Source: Nitrosospira multiformis ATCC 25196
GTDB lineage: Bacteria; Pseudomonadota; Gammaproteobacteria; Burkholderiales; Nitrosomonadaceae
Direction of reading: 5' to 3'
Length of the DNA: 32,000 bases
NCBI RefSeq assembly: GCF_000196355.1
Contig: NC_007614.1
Location: 150,001 to 182,000 of the forward strand
Shown: piece by piece, positions 1 through 8,057 of the stretch
Layout: the number at the start of each line of letters is the position of its first letter
Position numbering within the stretch: position 1 is the stretch's first letter
Made by a program: the position numbers and the translations under genes
The notes under the pieces: generated by a model
Databases searched by the model: none
What the model was told of the DNA's origin: nothing
What the model saw: only the letters and a program-made list of their open reading frames with translations

Positions 1-487
1 CGAGGATTCGCTGACAGGGGTGAGTTATCGGAACGGGGGCGGCTGGTGGGATGGGCCCCGGAACACGGGAGGGTATATCGTGCAGGATCCGGAGCACTGG
101 GTGTTTGCCGGCACAGGGTTGGGTCGCGGCGATGCGTTTGGTGACAAAACCTCGCCACCCCTGGTCGGATACGAGTGCGATGGCGCTCCGCTGGATGACT
201 TCGACAAGGCTTCGGGACTTGCAGTCCTTTCCTCGAACGCCGGAAATACCGGTACTCCAGAGGGGTTTCGTGTTCTGGCGGCAAGCGTGCTGGATGGCAA
301 TTGGCAGGAACTCCCCCCTCGGGAGGCTTATCCCGCCCGTGAAGGTATTCACGCGGCAACAATGGGAATTTTTTCGCGGAACGGCGCGGTGTTCACCGCG
401 GGAACTACCGACTGGGCTCAGGTACTCGAAAATCCGCTGGTCGATGCCATCACACGTAATGTCATCGACCAGCTGCTTCGCGAGTAA
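1..487 (+). CDS. N,N-dimethylformamidase beta-subunit-like protein, C-terminal part (5' end outside window)
   Basis: Frame 2 is open from the window edge (EDSLTGVSYRNGGGWWDGPRNTGGYIVQDPEHWVFAGTGLGRGDAFG...) to the stop at 487. It resembles the C-terminal domain of DMFase large-subunit-like proteins. Confidence 0.65.
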   Translation, partial: EDSLTGVSYRNGGGWWDGPRNTGGYIVQDPEHWVFAGTGLGRGDAFGDKTSPPLVGYECDGAPLDDFDKASGLAVLSSNAGNTGTPEGFRVLAASVLDGNWQELPPREAYPAREGIHAATMGIFSRNGAVFTAGTTDWAQVLENPLVDAITRNVIDQLLRE

Positions 488-564
488 TCAGGGGATTTCT
501 GCTCTGTGCTGCAAATCGTCTTGCGATGGAGCCGACAGCATTGGCAGCAATTCATTCGAGGCGA

Positions 565-2610
565 TCAGTTCCGGATCAGCTCCTGAAAGAGTTTTGCCCA
601 GCGCGCAATGGTGCCAGCATCAAACGCGCCGATGCCCTTTTTGAGCGCCTGTTCCTTGACGCGCTTTGCAACTTCAACTCTCCATTCATCCCGTAACACC
701 AGGTCCTGTGCTTCGGCCCAGGCCTGCACCTGCGCCACCACGGGCTTGCCGTTGACCAGGACGTCCGCAAAGGCCGTGTCCGTATTCCTCTCCCAGCGGT
801 CTATTACTTGTGCAAAAAACGGTGCAGGTATCAGATCTTCTGTCGTGGAGTTGCTGAAGAGAACGTAATTATCCGTCGAAAAGATACGCTCCTGCGCGTC
901 GCTGTACAAATCCGACTTCAACTCTGCATTGATCTGCTTTCCTGCTTCGTCATCCCGCAGGACTACCTTGGGCAGCGGCTCGTCGCGCCCACTAATGATG
1001 CTTGCGATCACGCCTACCGTTTTGCTGGCGCCAGCCGGCGGAAAGAGCAGTTCGCGCTTCGGGGCTATCTTGTTTGCCCCAATGAGGAGTGTCTTGATGG
1101 TCGAGAGATAATATTGATCCGAGACGCGCTGCACGACGACCGGTTGACAGCCCGTTACCATGCTCTCGGCAATATTCAGGTTCAAGGCCGAGTGAACCAC
1201 ATAGGCGGCTCCCGCCTGCCGGACATCCTTTTCCACGCTACGAAGGTCCGACGTCACTTGCGTCGTTCCGTTCGCGGAAACATATACCTTGCGCGCGCGT
1301 CCCAGGTGCTCTGCATCCAGCAGGAATGGTGAATGGGTCGTGTAGAGGATTTTGTTGACTTTTGCAAGACTGTCAAAGAAGGCAAAAAGGTTGCGCTGCG
1401 CCAGGGGGTGCAGGGACAATCCGGGCTCGTCCAGCAACAAGACGGCGTTCTGGTGCTCACCCCCGCTTTCCACGAGGAAGACCAGATAAAAACTCAGAAA
1501 CCACTGCAGCCCCGTGCTTCTGCTTTCGAGCTCAACTTCCTCCGGGCGGCGGTCATCGGAAACCCATATGCGGAAATGGCTTCCATCCGCTTCGAAGCGG
1601 AATTTGTAATCTCCCTGCTTCCACCAGTTTCTGAACTTTTCCGTCAGAAGCCCGCCTGCCGATTGCAGCAGGATGGAACGCTCCCTTTTCTTCATCGCGA
1701 TTTCCCGGATTTCTTCCACTGTGGGTTCACGACGACGGCCCTTGCGCCTTGGAAAGTCCCGCCCGAGTTCAAGAATTTCTCCCGGCTCGAGGCCTACGAA
1801 TTTAAAAAGAACGCGCAATGTACGCGACTTGGCTGCTTCTCTGGGCCCAAGGTCAGTGCGTTGAAGATTCTGTACTACGTGGGGAAGATAGATTTCAGAA
1901 TCGAGATTTCCGAATTCAGAGTAATAGACAAATTTGGGAAGGGAGTGGATGACCGTATCCACAACATCCTCTGCCTCTTCCCCCGATGATCTCCTGATCT
2001 CGCCAAGCTCTTCCCGCCGGGGGAAGGAGATCGAATAATCCCCATTGAAGTACCGTTTCACAGCGATGAGGGAGGCCTCTTCGCTGGAGATCTCCAGCTT
2101 GCCGCACAGCTCTTCTCCAAGCTCTCCTGCCTCAAATTCCGCCGTTATGAAGTGGAAGCTTTCCGGTGCCTGGCGCACAGGGCCGAATTGTTTTTTCGGG
2201 TAGTCGGAAGCCGGCACGATCTCTCCCCCGACTGCCGGATTCAGCTTCCAGAGCGGAACCAGCAGGTTTGTCTTGCCGGATTCGTTCACGCCGATGAGCG
2301 CGGTAACGCTGTCAACCTCAATCCAGCCACTGTTCTCCACCGAGCGAAAATTTGTGACCAGAAATCGGGTAAGGTGCATGGGGTGTATTATTCTGTCGTC
2401 TATTGCTTCTCCCGGGGCCGGGGCGTCAACCGGGCTGTCAACAGGACTTTCAACGGGACTTTCGCTGTTGCTTGTGGCTTCCGCATGATCCTGAGGCTCT
2501 GGTATCTCTGGTATGTCTGATATTCGGGGAAGGAGCAGCATGTCTTGCAATGGTTGCTTATTCATAAAGTCTGTGTCTTTTTCTTTGACAGGCAATATAT
2601 GTATCGTCAT
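565..2610 (-). CDS. AAA family ATPase, OLD-like, with C-terminal TOPRIM-like region
   Basis: 681 aa; Walker A GVNESGKT after FLVTNFRSVENSGWIEVD; Walker B NAVLLLDEPGLSLHPLAQRNLFAFF; switch YTTHSPFLLD; then VVVQRVSDQYYL...PPAGASKTV...KVVLRDDEAGK...STTEDLIP typical of the TOPRIM part of OLD-like proteins. An internal start at MHLTRFLVTNFRS is possible. Confidence 0.85.
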   Translation of the reverse strand: MTIHILPVKEKDTDFMNKQPLQDMLLLPRISDIPEIPEPQDHAEATSNSESPVESPVDSPVDAPAPGEAIDDRIIHPMHLTRFLVTNFRSVENSGWIEVDSVTALIGVNESGKTNLLVPLWKLNPAVGGEIVPASDYPKKQFGPVRQAPESFHFITAEFEAGELGEELCGKLEISSEEASLIAVKRYFNGDYSISFPRREELGEIRRSSGEEAEDVVDTVIHSLPKFVYYSEFGNLDSEIYLPHVVQNLQRTDLGPREAAKSRTLRVLFKFVGLEPGEILELGRDFPRRKGRRREPTVEEIREIAMKKRERSILLQSAGGLLTEKFRNWWKQGDYKFRFEADGSHFRIWVSDDRRPEEVELESRSTGLQWFLSFYLVFLVESGGEHQNAVLLLDEPGLSLHPLAQRNLFAFFDSLAKVNKILYTTHSPFLLDAEHLGRARKVYVSANGTTQVTSDLRSVEKDVRQAGAAYVVHSALNLNIAESMVTGCQPVVVQRVSDQYYLSTIKTLLIGANKIAPKRELLFPPAGASKTVGVIASIISGRDEPLPKVVLRDDEAGKQINAELKSDLYSDAQERIFSTDNYVLFSNSTTEDLIPAPFFAQVIDRWERNTDTAFADVLVNGKPVVAQVQAWAEAQDLVLRDEWRVEVAKRVKEQALKKGIGAFDAGTIARWAKLFQELIRN

Positions 2611-2773
2611 TATAACTCTCTGATTGCTCAGGGCGGGTACTTAAAGAGCGTTTGTTGAGCCAGAATTTGCAATACTTTTCGACACTCTTGCCAACCCCCC
2701 AAAAAAGCCGCGGAACGCACGGCCACGTCTTACCTCCTTATTCTTTTCCTGCTCCCATTCTCAGGTTGCAAAG

Positions 2774-3217
2774 CTAGGCGCCGTACAGTTCTGCGGCAGA
2801 CAGGCCGAGATCGAGTCGAATGAGCGGCAGGGGTGGAGGCTTTAGTGGCAGGCTCAGCTTCTGATAGGTCGCCTTGCTCGAAAAACCATAGGGTTCCGCG
2901 TCATCGTTGTCGAAAGCGTAATAGACCGCATCCACTCCTGCTATCACCATGGCTGCCAGGCACATGGGGCAGGGGTGGCCGCTGGCGTAAACTATGCTGC
3001 CTCTCAGATCAGGACGACCGAGCTTCCGGCTGGCAGCGCGCACTGCCTCCATTTCTGCATGCGTGGTAGGATCATTGCTCTGCACCACGTCGTTGACGCC
3101 GGTGGAAACGGCTTGTCCCTCGACAACGAGGACTGCGGCAAAGGGCCGGCTACCCCGTTCACGGTTGTTTTTGGCGAGACGCACTGCTTCCCGCAGAAAT
3201 GTTTCATGTTGAGACAT
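2774..3217 (-). CDS. nucleoside/CMP-dCMP deaminase family protein
   Basis: 147 aa with zinc-deaminase motifs HAEMEA and HPCPMCLAAM. Confidence 0.9.
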   Translation of the reverse strand: MSQHETFLREAVRLAKNNRERGSRPFAAVLVVEGQAVSTGVNDVVQSNDPTTHAEMEAVRAASRKLGRPDLRGSIVYASGHPCPMCLAAMVIAGVDAVYYAFDNDDAEPYGFSSKATYQKLSLPLKPPPLPLIRLDLGLSAAELYGA

Positions 3218-3307
3218 CTGGCTTCCTGTTTGACTTACCTGTCTGTAGCGCTTGTGCCAAGCTGTCGCACCGATATGATTACGGCAAGCTCCTGGAATCC
3301 CTTCCCC

Positions 3308-4165
3308 TTAAAAAAGAATGGAGGGCAGAAAACTTCCGGCGGGCTGGTTGTAGAGGCCAAGGCTCATCAGATTCATCGGTTGAACTACCCGAAGCCCCTG
3401 CTGCAGGCACCAGCGGAACAACTCGCTATTATGCGTGGGCAGAAGAAAGCCTGGACCCGCAAACGCGGCCGCGGCGCCGATCAGGGCCTTGAGGTCTTCA
3501 TTGCTTTCTCCCACTGCATGTCCCGTGAAGCCAATTAACGTCGCGTAACCGGTAATGTGCCCTCCGTGTTCCACCACCATTGCGGTCTGCTGCCCAATCG
3601 CGTGGCGCAATTCCTGCCCTCTATCGTGACCGTGTATCTTCCGGCACAAGGCGTCGCATGCATTTGCATCCTCCGCCCTTGCCGGACGGACATTGTAGCC
3701 GGAGATATCGATTTGCAGGGGCGCTCCCTGCAGAGTTGCCAATGGTTCCCGCACCTCAAATCCGAGCTTGGTGTAGAGGGAGAGGGAGCGGTTATTATAT
3801 GCAGCTTGCACCAGCCGCACGCCTGCGAAATGTTTATTCCGCGCATGCTCCAGCACATCCTCCATCAGGCCTCGGCCTACCCTGTCGCTTTGGGTTTCCG
3901 GTATTACCGTCAGCGGCCCAATGCCGGCAATGGCGGAATCCTGCCATAAGAAATTGCTGCCGATGATTCTTCCTTCGCTTTCAGCCACGACCGAATATAC
4001 ATCGGGTCTCGAGAGCAACCCCAGGAGGAGATCACGCGCCACTTCGAACGAGGGAAAGTCGGGTTCAAAACCATGCTGCTGAGAAATGGTCCTGAATGCT
4101 TCGTAGCAGATCATCCCGGCCGCCCCGGCATCCGCCTGGCGGCCTTCCCGTATTTTGAATTGCAT
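3308..4165 (-). CDS. GNAT family N-acetyltransferase (tandem GNAT domains)
   Basis: 285 aa; GPLTVIPETQSDRVGRGLMEDVLEHARNKHFAGVRLVQAAYNNRSLSLYTKLGFEVREP is a GNAT core, followed by a second acetyltransferase-like half. Confidence 0.8.
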   Translation of the reverse strand: MQFKIREGRQADAGAAGMICYEAFRTISQQHGFEPDFPSFEVARDLLLGLLSRPDVYSVVAESEGRIIGSNFLWQDSAIAGIGPLTVIPETQSDRVGRGLMEDVLEHARNKHFAGVRLVQAAYNNRSLSLYTKLGFEVREPLATLQGAPLQIDISGYNVRPARAEDANACDALCRKIHGHDRGQELRHAIGQQTAMVVEHGGHITGYATLIGFTGHAVGESNEDLKALIGAAAAFAGPGFLLPTHNSELFRWCLQQGLRVVQPMNLMSLGLYNQPAGSFLPSILF

Positions 4166-4327
4166 GTTTCCCCGCTAATGGAATCGCCTGGTGGGCGACG
4201 AACAGCAGACGTGCGCGCAGTATGACGATGTTACTCCAGAAAAAGAGAACACTCTCGCGCAAACTGCCGTTGATACTCCAGGAAAGGGTAATCATGCGCT
4301 TAAGCCTGAAAAGTGCAATACTGATTC

Positions 4328-5083
4328 ATGGTTACCGCTACATTCCGTTTTTATGAGGAACTGAATGACTTTCTCGTTCCCGAGCGGCGCAAGCGGGAAT
4401 TTTCCTGTCCCTGCGCCCGTGCAGCGACCACCAAGCATATGATCGAAGCACTGGGCGTCCCGCACACCGAAGTGGAGCTGGTGCTGGTAAATGGAGAATC
4501 GGTGGGGTTCGACCGGATACTGGAGCATGGCGACCGGGTCGCGGTCTTTCCCAAATTCGAAATGGTCGACGTCGCGCCCTTGTTGCGCGTGCGCGAGCAT
4601 CCCCTGCGGGTAACGCGCTTCATTGCAGATGCTCACCTAGGCGGTTTGGCCCACCTGTTGCGCATGACGGGTTTCGACACGCTGTACGACAATAATTATC
4701 ACGACCGCCAGATCGAATTGCTCGCTGCCCAGGAAAAGCGCATCGTGCTCACCCGCGACCGGGAATTGCTCAAGCGGCGTTCGATTACGCATGGATGCTA
4801 TGTGCGGACTTTGAAGCCACCTGAGCAGCTTTGTGAGATTTTCGATCGGCTGGACCTCGCGCACAGCATCAAGCCTTTTACCTTATGCCTGAACTGCAAC
4901 GCACCTCTGCGGCCTGTGGAGAAGAGTGTAGTGCTTGAGCGCCTGCCGCCGTCAGTACGCGAGCGCTTCGACCATTTCAGCACGTGCGATATCTGTCACC
5001 GGGTTTTCTGGGAGGGTTCGCACTGGCAGCGCATGCGGACGATGCTGGAGGAGTGTATTAAGCCAAACCGATTTGGGGGATAA
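4328..5083 (+). CDS. Mut7-C RNase-like domain protein with N-terminal ubiquitin/MoaD-like domain
   Basis: MVTATFRFYEELNDFLVPERRKREF... (Mut7-C ubiquitin-like) then FIADAHLGGLAHLLRMTGFDTLYDNNYHDRQIELLAAQEKRIVLTRDRELLKR and CNAPL...CDICHRVFWEGSHWQRM (Zn-ribbon). Confidence 0.88.
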   Translation: MVTATFRFYEELNDFLVPERRKREFSCPCARAATTKHMIEALGVPHTEVELVLVNGESVGFDRILEHGDRVAVFPKFEMVDVAPLLRVREHPLRVTRFIADAHLGGLAHLLRMTGFDTLYDNNYHDRQIELLAAQEKRIVLTRDRELLKRRSITHGCYVRTLKPPEQLCEIFDRLDLAHSIKPFTLCLNCNAPLRPVEKSVVLERLPPSVRERFDHFSTCDICHRVFWEGSHWQRMRTMLEECIKPNRFGG

Positions 5084-5335
5084 TTGCTTACTTACGTTGA
5101 GCAGCTGAATATTCCTCAGCGGGAGGAGAAGCGTGATCTCCTGTTCATCCGGTCACAACTTTTGATCACGTAATGGCCTAGATCAAGTAATTGTGCCATT
5201 CGAATTTCTTTCCGGATGTGGTAGGATTAGCACCCTCAGATTTAGGCTTCAGGTTCGGCAAGGGCGAGCGGCATCGGGTTTTGCCTCTGTCATACGTTGA
5301 ATCTATAACTGAAATTATTCCGGTTTATTCAATCC

Positions 5336-5411
5336 GGGTCGTTAGCTCAGCTGGTAGAGCAGCGGACTCTTAATCCGTAGGTCGAGCGTTCGAATCGCTC
5401 ACGACCCACCA
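5336..5411 (+). tRNA. tRNA-Lys (anticodon CTT)
   Basis: 76 nt cloverleaf GGGTCGTTAGCTCAGCTGGTAGAGCAGCGGACTCTTAATCCGTAGGTCGAGCGTTCGAATCGCTCACGACCCACCA; 7 bp acceptor stem GGGTCGT/ACGACCC, CTT anticodon, encoded CCA. Confidence 0.97.
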
Positions 5412-5499
5412 TCAAACAACGGCTTGCAGGGTGCGAGTCCTTTGTTTCGACCCCAATTTTACCTTTTCATGCGAATGCGTATATGGGACGCAAACGACA

Positions 5500-6180
5500 T
5501 TACGGGGGCGGTGGCTGTGGAGCAACTTGTACCCAGTCACCGGGACAATCCTTGACATAAGGATAATAACCTTCCGATTCCCGGCAATAATACCAATAGC
5601 CGGATGGGAGCTGAGCCGTATTTTGCGTGTCATTTTGTTCCGGAAGGTTTTGTTGGATGTATACCGGCGGTGCTGCAGGCACGGGCACCGCGATTGGATA
5701 AGGATACATGGGCGGATAGGGATAATAAGGCGGCCCATAAGCCAGGGCACCATAACCCAGGCCATATCCTAATCCCAACCCTAGCCCATATCCCCCAAAT
5801 CCAAATCCCAAGCCGTAACCGTAGCCACGATAGAAACCGCGCGGGCCCCGGTAGTAACCGAATCCGCCCCCGCGATAGCGGCCGACTCCACCGCCTCGGT
5901 AATAACCGACTCCTCCGCCAAAATGCTCTCCACCCCCATAATGCATTCCTCCCCCGTGCGCCCATCCCCCACCCCCGATGTGCCCACCGCCTCCAAAATG
6001 CATTCCTCCGCCTCCCATATGTCCGCCCCCTCCCATATGTCCGCCCCCTCCTATATGTCCGCCGCCACCAAATACTCCCCCTCCATGTCCTCCCCCGCCA
6101 CCTCCGCGCGCCCATACTGAAACGCCAGGAATCAACCCAAGCATGAGAAGGACAACGCACATCAATTTAATCTTCTTCAT
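5500..6180 (-). CDS. secreted Gly-rich repeat protein with C-terminal YWYYC...GYYPYVKDCP..W.QVAP motif
   Basis: The ORF extends to 6261. The probable start MKKIKLMCVVLLMLGLIPGVSVWA is a signal peptide. It is followed by tandem GGGGHM/GGGGHI hexapeptides, a Tyr/Gly-rich region and a Pro-rich tail. Confidence 0.75.
   Translation of the reverse strand: MKKIKLMCVVLLMLGLIPGVSVWARGGGGGGHGGGVFGGGGHIGGGGHMGGGGHMGGGGMHFGGGGHIGGGGWAHGGGMHYGGGEHFGGGVGYYRGGGVGRYRGGGFGYYRGPRGFYRGYGYGLGFGFGGYGLGLGLGYGLGYGALAYGPPYYPYPPMYPYPIAVPVPAAPPVYIQQNLPEQNDTQNTAQLPSGYWYYCRESEGYYPYVKDCPGDWVQVAPQPPPP
5985..6100 (-). repeat. 18 bp in-frame coding tandem repeat (GGGGHM/GGGGHI units)
   Basis: Near-identical successive units CCCATATGTCCGCCCCCT on the + strand, each encoding one hexapeptide on the - strand. 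Boundaries approximate. Confidence 0.8.
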
Positions 6181-6241
6181 ACAGATCTCGGTCCCTATCG
6201 GTCCTATCGCGGGCTTGACTTGATCCATATTTCTTTTGGGA

Positions 6242-6673
6242 TTAACGCAACCAGAATCCACCGACTTTCTGGTCCTTCAGGGCCATGAAAATGAGAACGT
6301 CATCATTCCCGTCCTTGAATACCACCTTCCAGACATATACGTCGAATCCCTGTTGGCGCAGTGTGGTCAGGAATATCGTGGTGTAGCCTTGCTTGAGGCG
6401 CGAGGCGAGGGATTGGTTGATGCTGCTGAGCATCTCCTTTGTCATCCCGGCTTGAAATGCTTCATCTCCTGGCGATACAAAATCGGCCAATGAGTTAGCC
6501 AGAATAGCTGACACCATGTTTTTCATGATTGCTTCAATGGGCTGTGGCGCCTGCGCCGATTGCCGCGCTTGCGCCAGCACCACAGAAGAGGTGAATGCAA
6601 GAAAAAATATGACAGAAAGGACCAGGCGATTTGCAGAGGACGTCAAAAGAGGCAGATGCATAAGATTCTCCAT
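6242..6673 (-). CDS. hypothetical secreted protein
   Basis: The ORF extends to 6799. The internal start MENLMHLPLLTSSANRLVLSVIFFLAFTSSVVLAQA gives a plausible signal peptide; no family recognised. Confidence 0.55.
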   Translation of the reverse strand: MENLMHLPLLTSSANRLVLSVIFFLAFTSSVVLAQARQSAQAPQPIEAIMKNMVSAILANSLADFVSPGDEAFQAGMTKEMLSSINQSLASRLKQGYTTIFLTTLRQQGFDVYVWKVVFKDGNDDVLIFMALKDQKVGGFWLR

Positions 6674-7187
6674 GGAGAAAAATAGAGGGGCATAGAGAGG
6701 GCGTGATAGGCGCCGCTTCCTGTAGTCAGTTCCAGGTAGCCGCTGGAAGTATTTTCTCTGCCGGATTTCTAAGGGTGCAGAGATCGAGAATGAGGGCAAT
6801 TTCCCTTTACTTTTCCTTTATCCATTTTTCACGTGTCGTTCCATGTATTCCTGCCATGAGGAATCCCCTCAGCAGCACTGGGAAGGTGGCGTGCAATTCC
6901 AAAAAACAGGTTAAATTCGGGAAACCCGATAATCTGTGCGGCACCTCACTCAGTGAACCTTTTTAACGTTCGTACGAGTTTTTGAAATTATCTGTCGAGC
7001 AATTGCACGTGTCTTTCATGACCGGCAGAGGTTGCCACATCCAATGAATGGAAAGGTTTAATGGAAAAGTCATAGGCATGGCAGAGCGATACATTGACTG
7101 TTCCGACCCTTGAAGCGGCACATCGGATACGCCGGGGGGATTGATGCCCTGAGCACATCTCGCCCTGCGCTAAGGTTGAAGCAGCTT

Positions 7188-7697
7188 TCAGTTCGATGAA
7201 GGTGCATTCGCCATCTTCTTACCCCCTGCATGGAACAGGTGGTGGAGCATGAAGGCAACAATTGCCAGATTCAGTGTCAAGGCGCCAAGGCTCAGCCAGG
7301 TAACACGCTCATACAATTCGAAAAGCTCAAAAGGCACGTAAATCGCGCCGCTTGCGGCTGCAAACCATTGTGCCCAGCGCCTTGCACGCCAGAGCCCATA
7401 TGCCTCGATGAATCGTGCCAGCGAGTAGGCGCCCGCTCCAGCCGCAATCAGCAACAAGCGGGTGTTTGTGAGCTGATTGGCCAAATCAATAAAGATGTGG
7501 GGATAACGGGAGGCGGGATTCAGGTGAGTGTGCGCCAGCAGGTGCTCGACAGCCTGCTGAATGTCGTGATGTACCAGGGAGAGTAAATCAAATCCCACCA
7601 GCAATACCAGGGCACCTTTGGCAGCTTCAAAAACTGCGAGTGTGCGTAATGCACCCGATAATTTCATAAGCGGTAGTGGAATATCGTATCGAGCCAA
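7188..7697 (-). CDS. DUF2127 domain-containing membrane protein
   Basis: LRTLAVFEAAKGALVLLVGFDLLSLVHHD...FIEAYGLWRARRWAQWFAAASGAIYVPFELFEL...LHHLFH matches the DUF2127 pattern; start may be at MKLSGALRTL. Confidence 0.85.
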   Translation of the reverse strand: MARYDIPLPLMKLSGALRTLAVFEAAKGALVLLVGFDLLSLVHHDIQQAVEHLLAHTHLNPASRYPHIFIDLANQLTNTRLLLIAAGAGAYSLARFIEAYGLWRARRWAQWFAAASGAIYVPFELFELYERVTWLSLGALTLNLAIVAFMLHHLFHAGGKKMANAPSSN

Positions 7698-8057
7698 AGG
7701 GGTAGCTCTCTCACCTTGTCAATTTACAGCAACGCAACCTGCCCGGCGAGCCGGGCCTTCAATTTCCGAATCGCGTTAAAATATCTGACTGGCGACGCGG
7801 GCTTCAGGGTTCAAGCAGCCGCCAGCGGTTTAATCCAGGAGGCAGTATTCCGCCTTTCCTTTTCCCGTCTGCCCGGTATTACCGATGAAATGGTGAAAGA
7901 CGCACCTGGGCTCGCATTGGCCAAACGCGAATTAGGGGAGAGGGGGTAAACGGTATTCAGGATAGGCTCGTAGAGGACGAATGCATCTGGCATTGCTTGG
8001 GAAGGGCGAACAACGCTTAGCCAGCGCAGATTGCTTAGGTGAGAAAGGAGTTCCAGC

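Noticed and set aside
5985-6100. Regular short repeats that could suggest a CRISPR-like array
   Set aside because: Units are contiguous 18 bp in-frame coding repeats without spacers.
5604-6223. Long antisense/alternate-frame ORFs over the Gly-rich gene, including a Pro-rich MCPPPPKCIPPPPICPPPP ORF
   Set aside because: They mirror the GGGGH repeat on the opposite strand; low complexity and no independent coding support.
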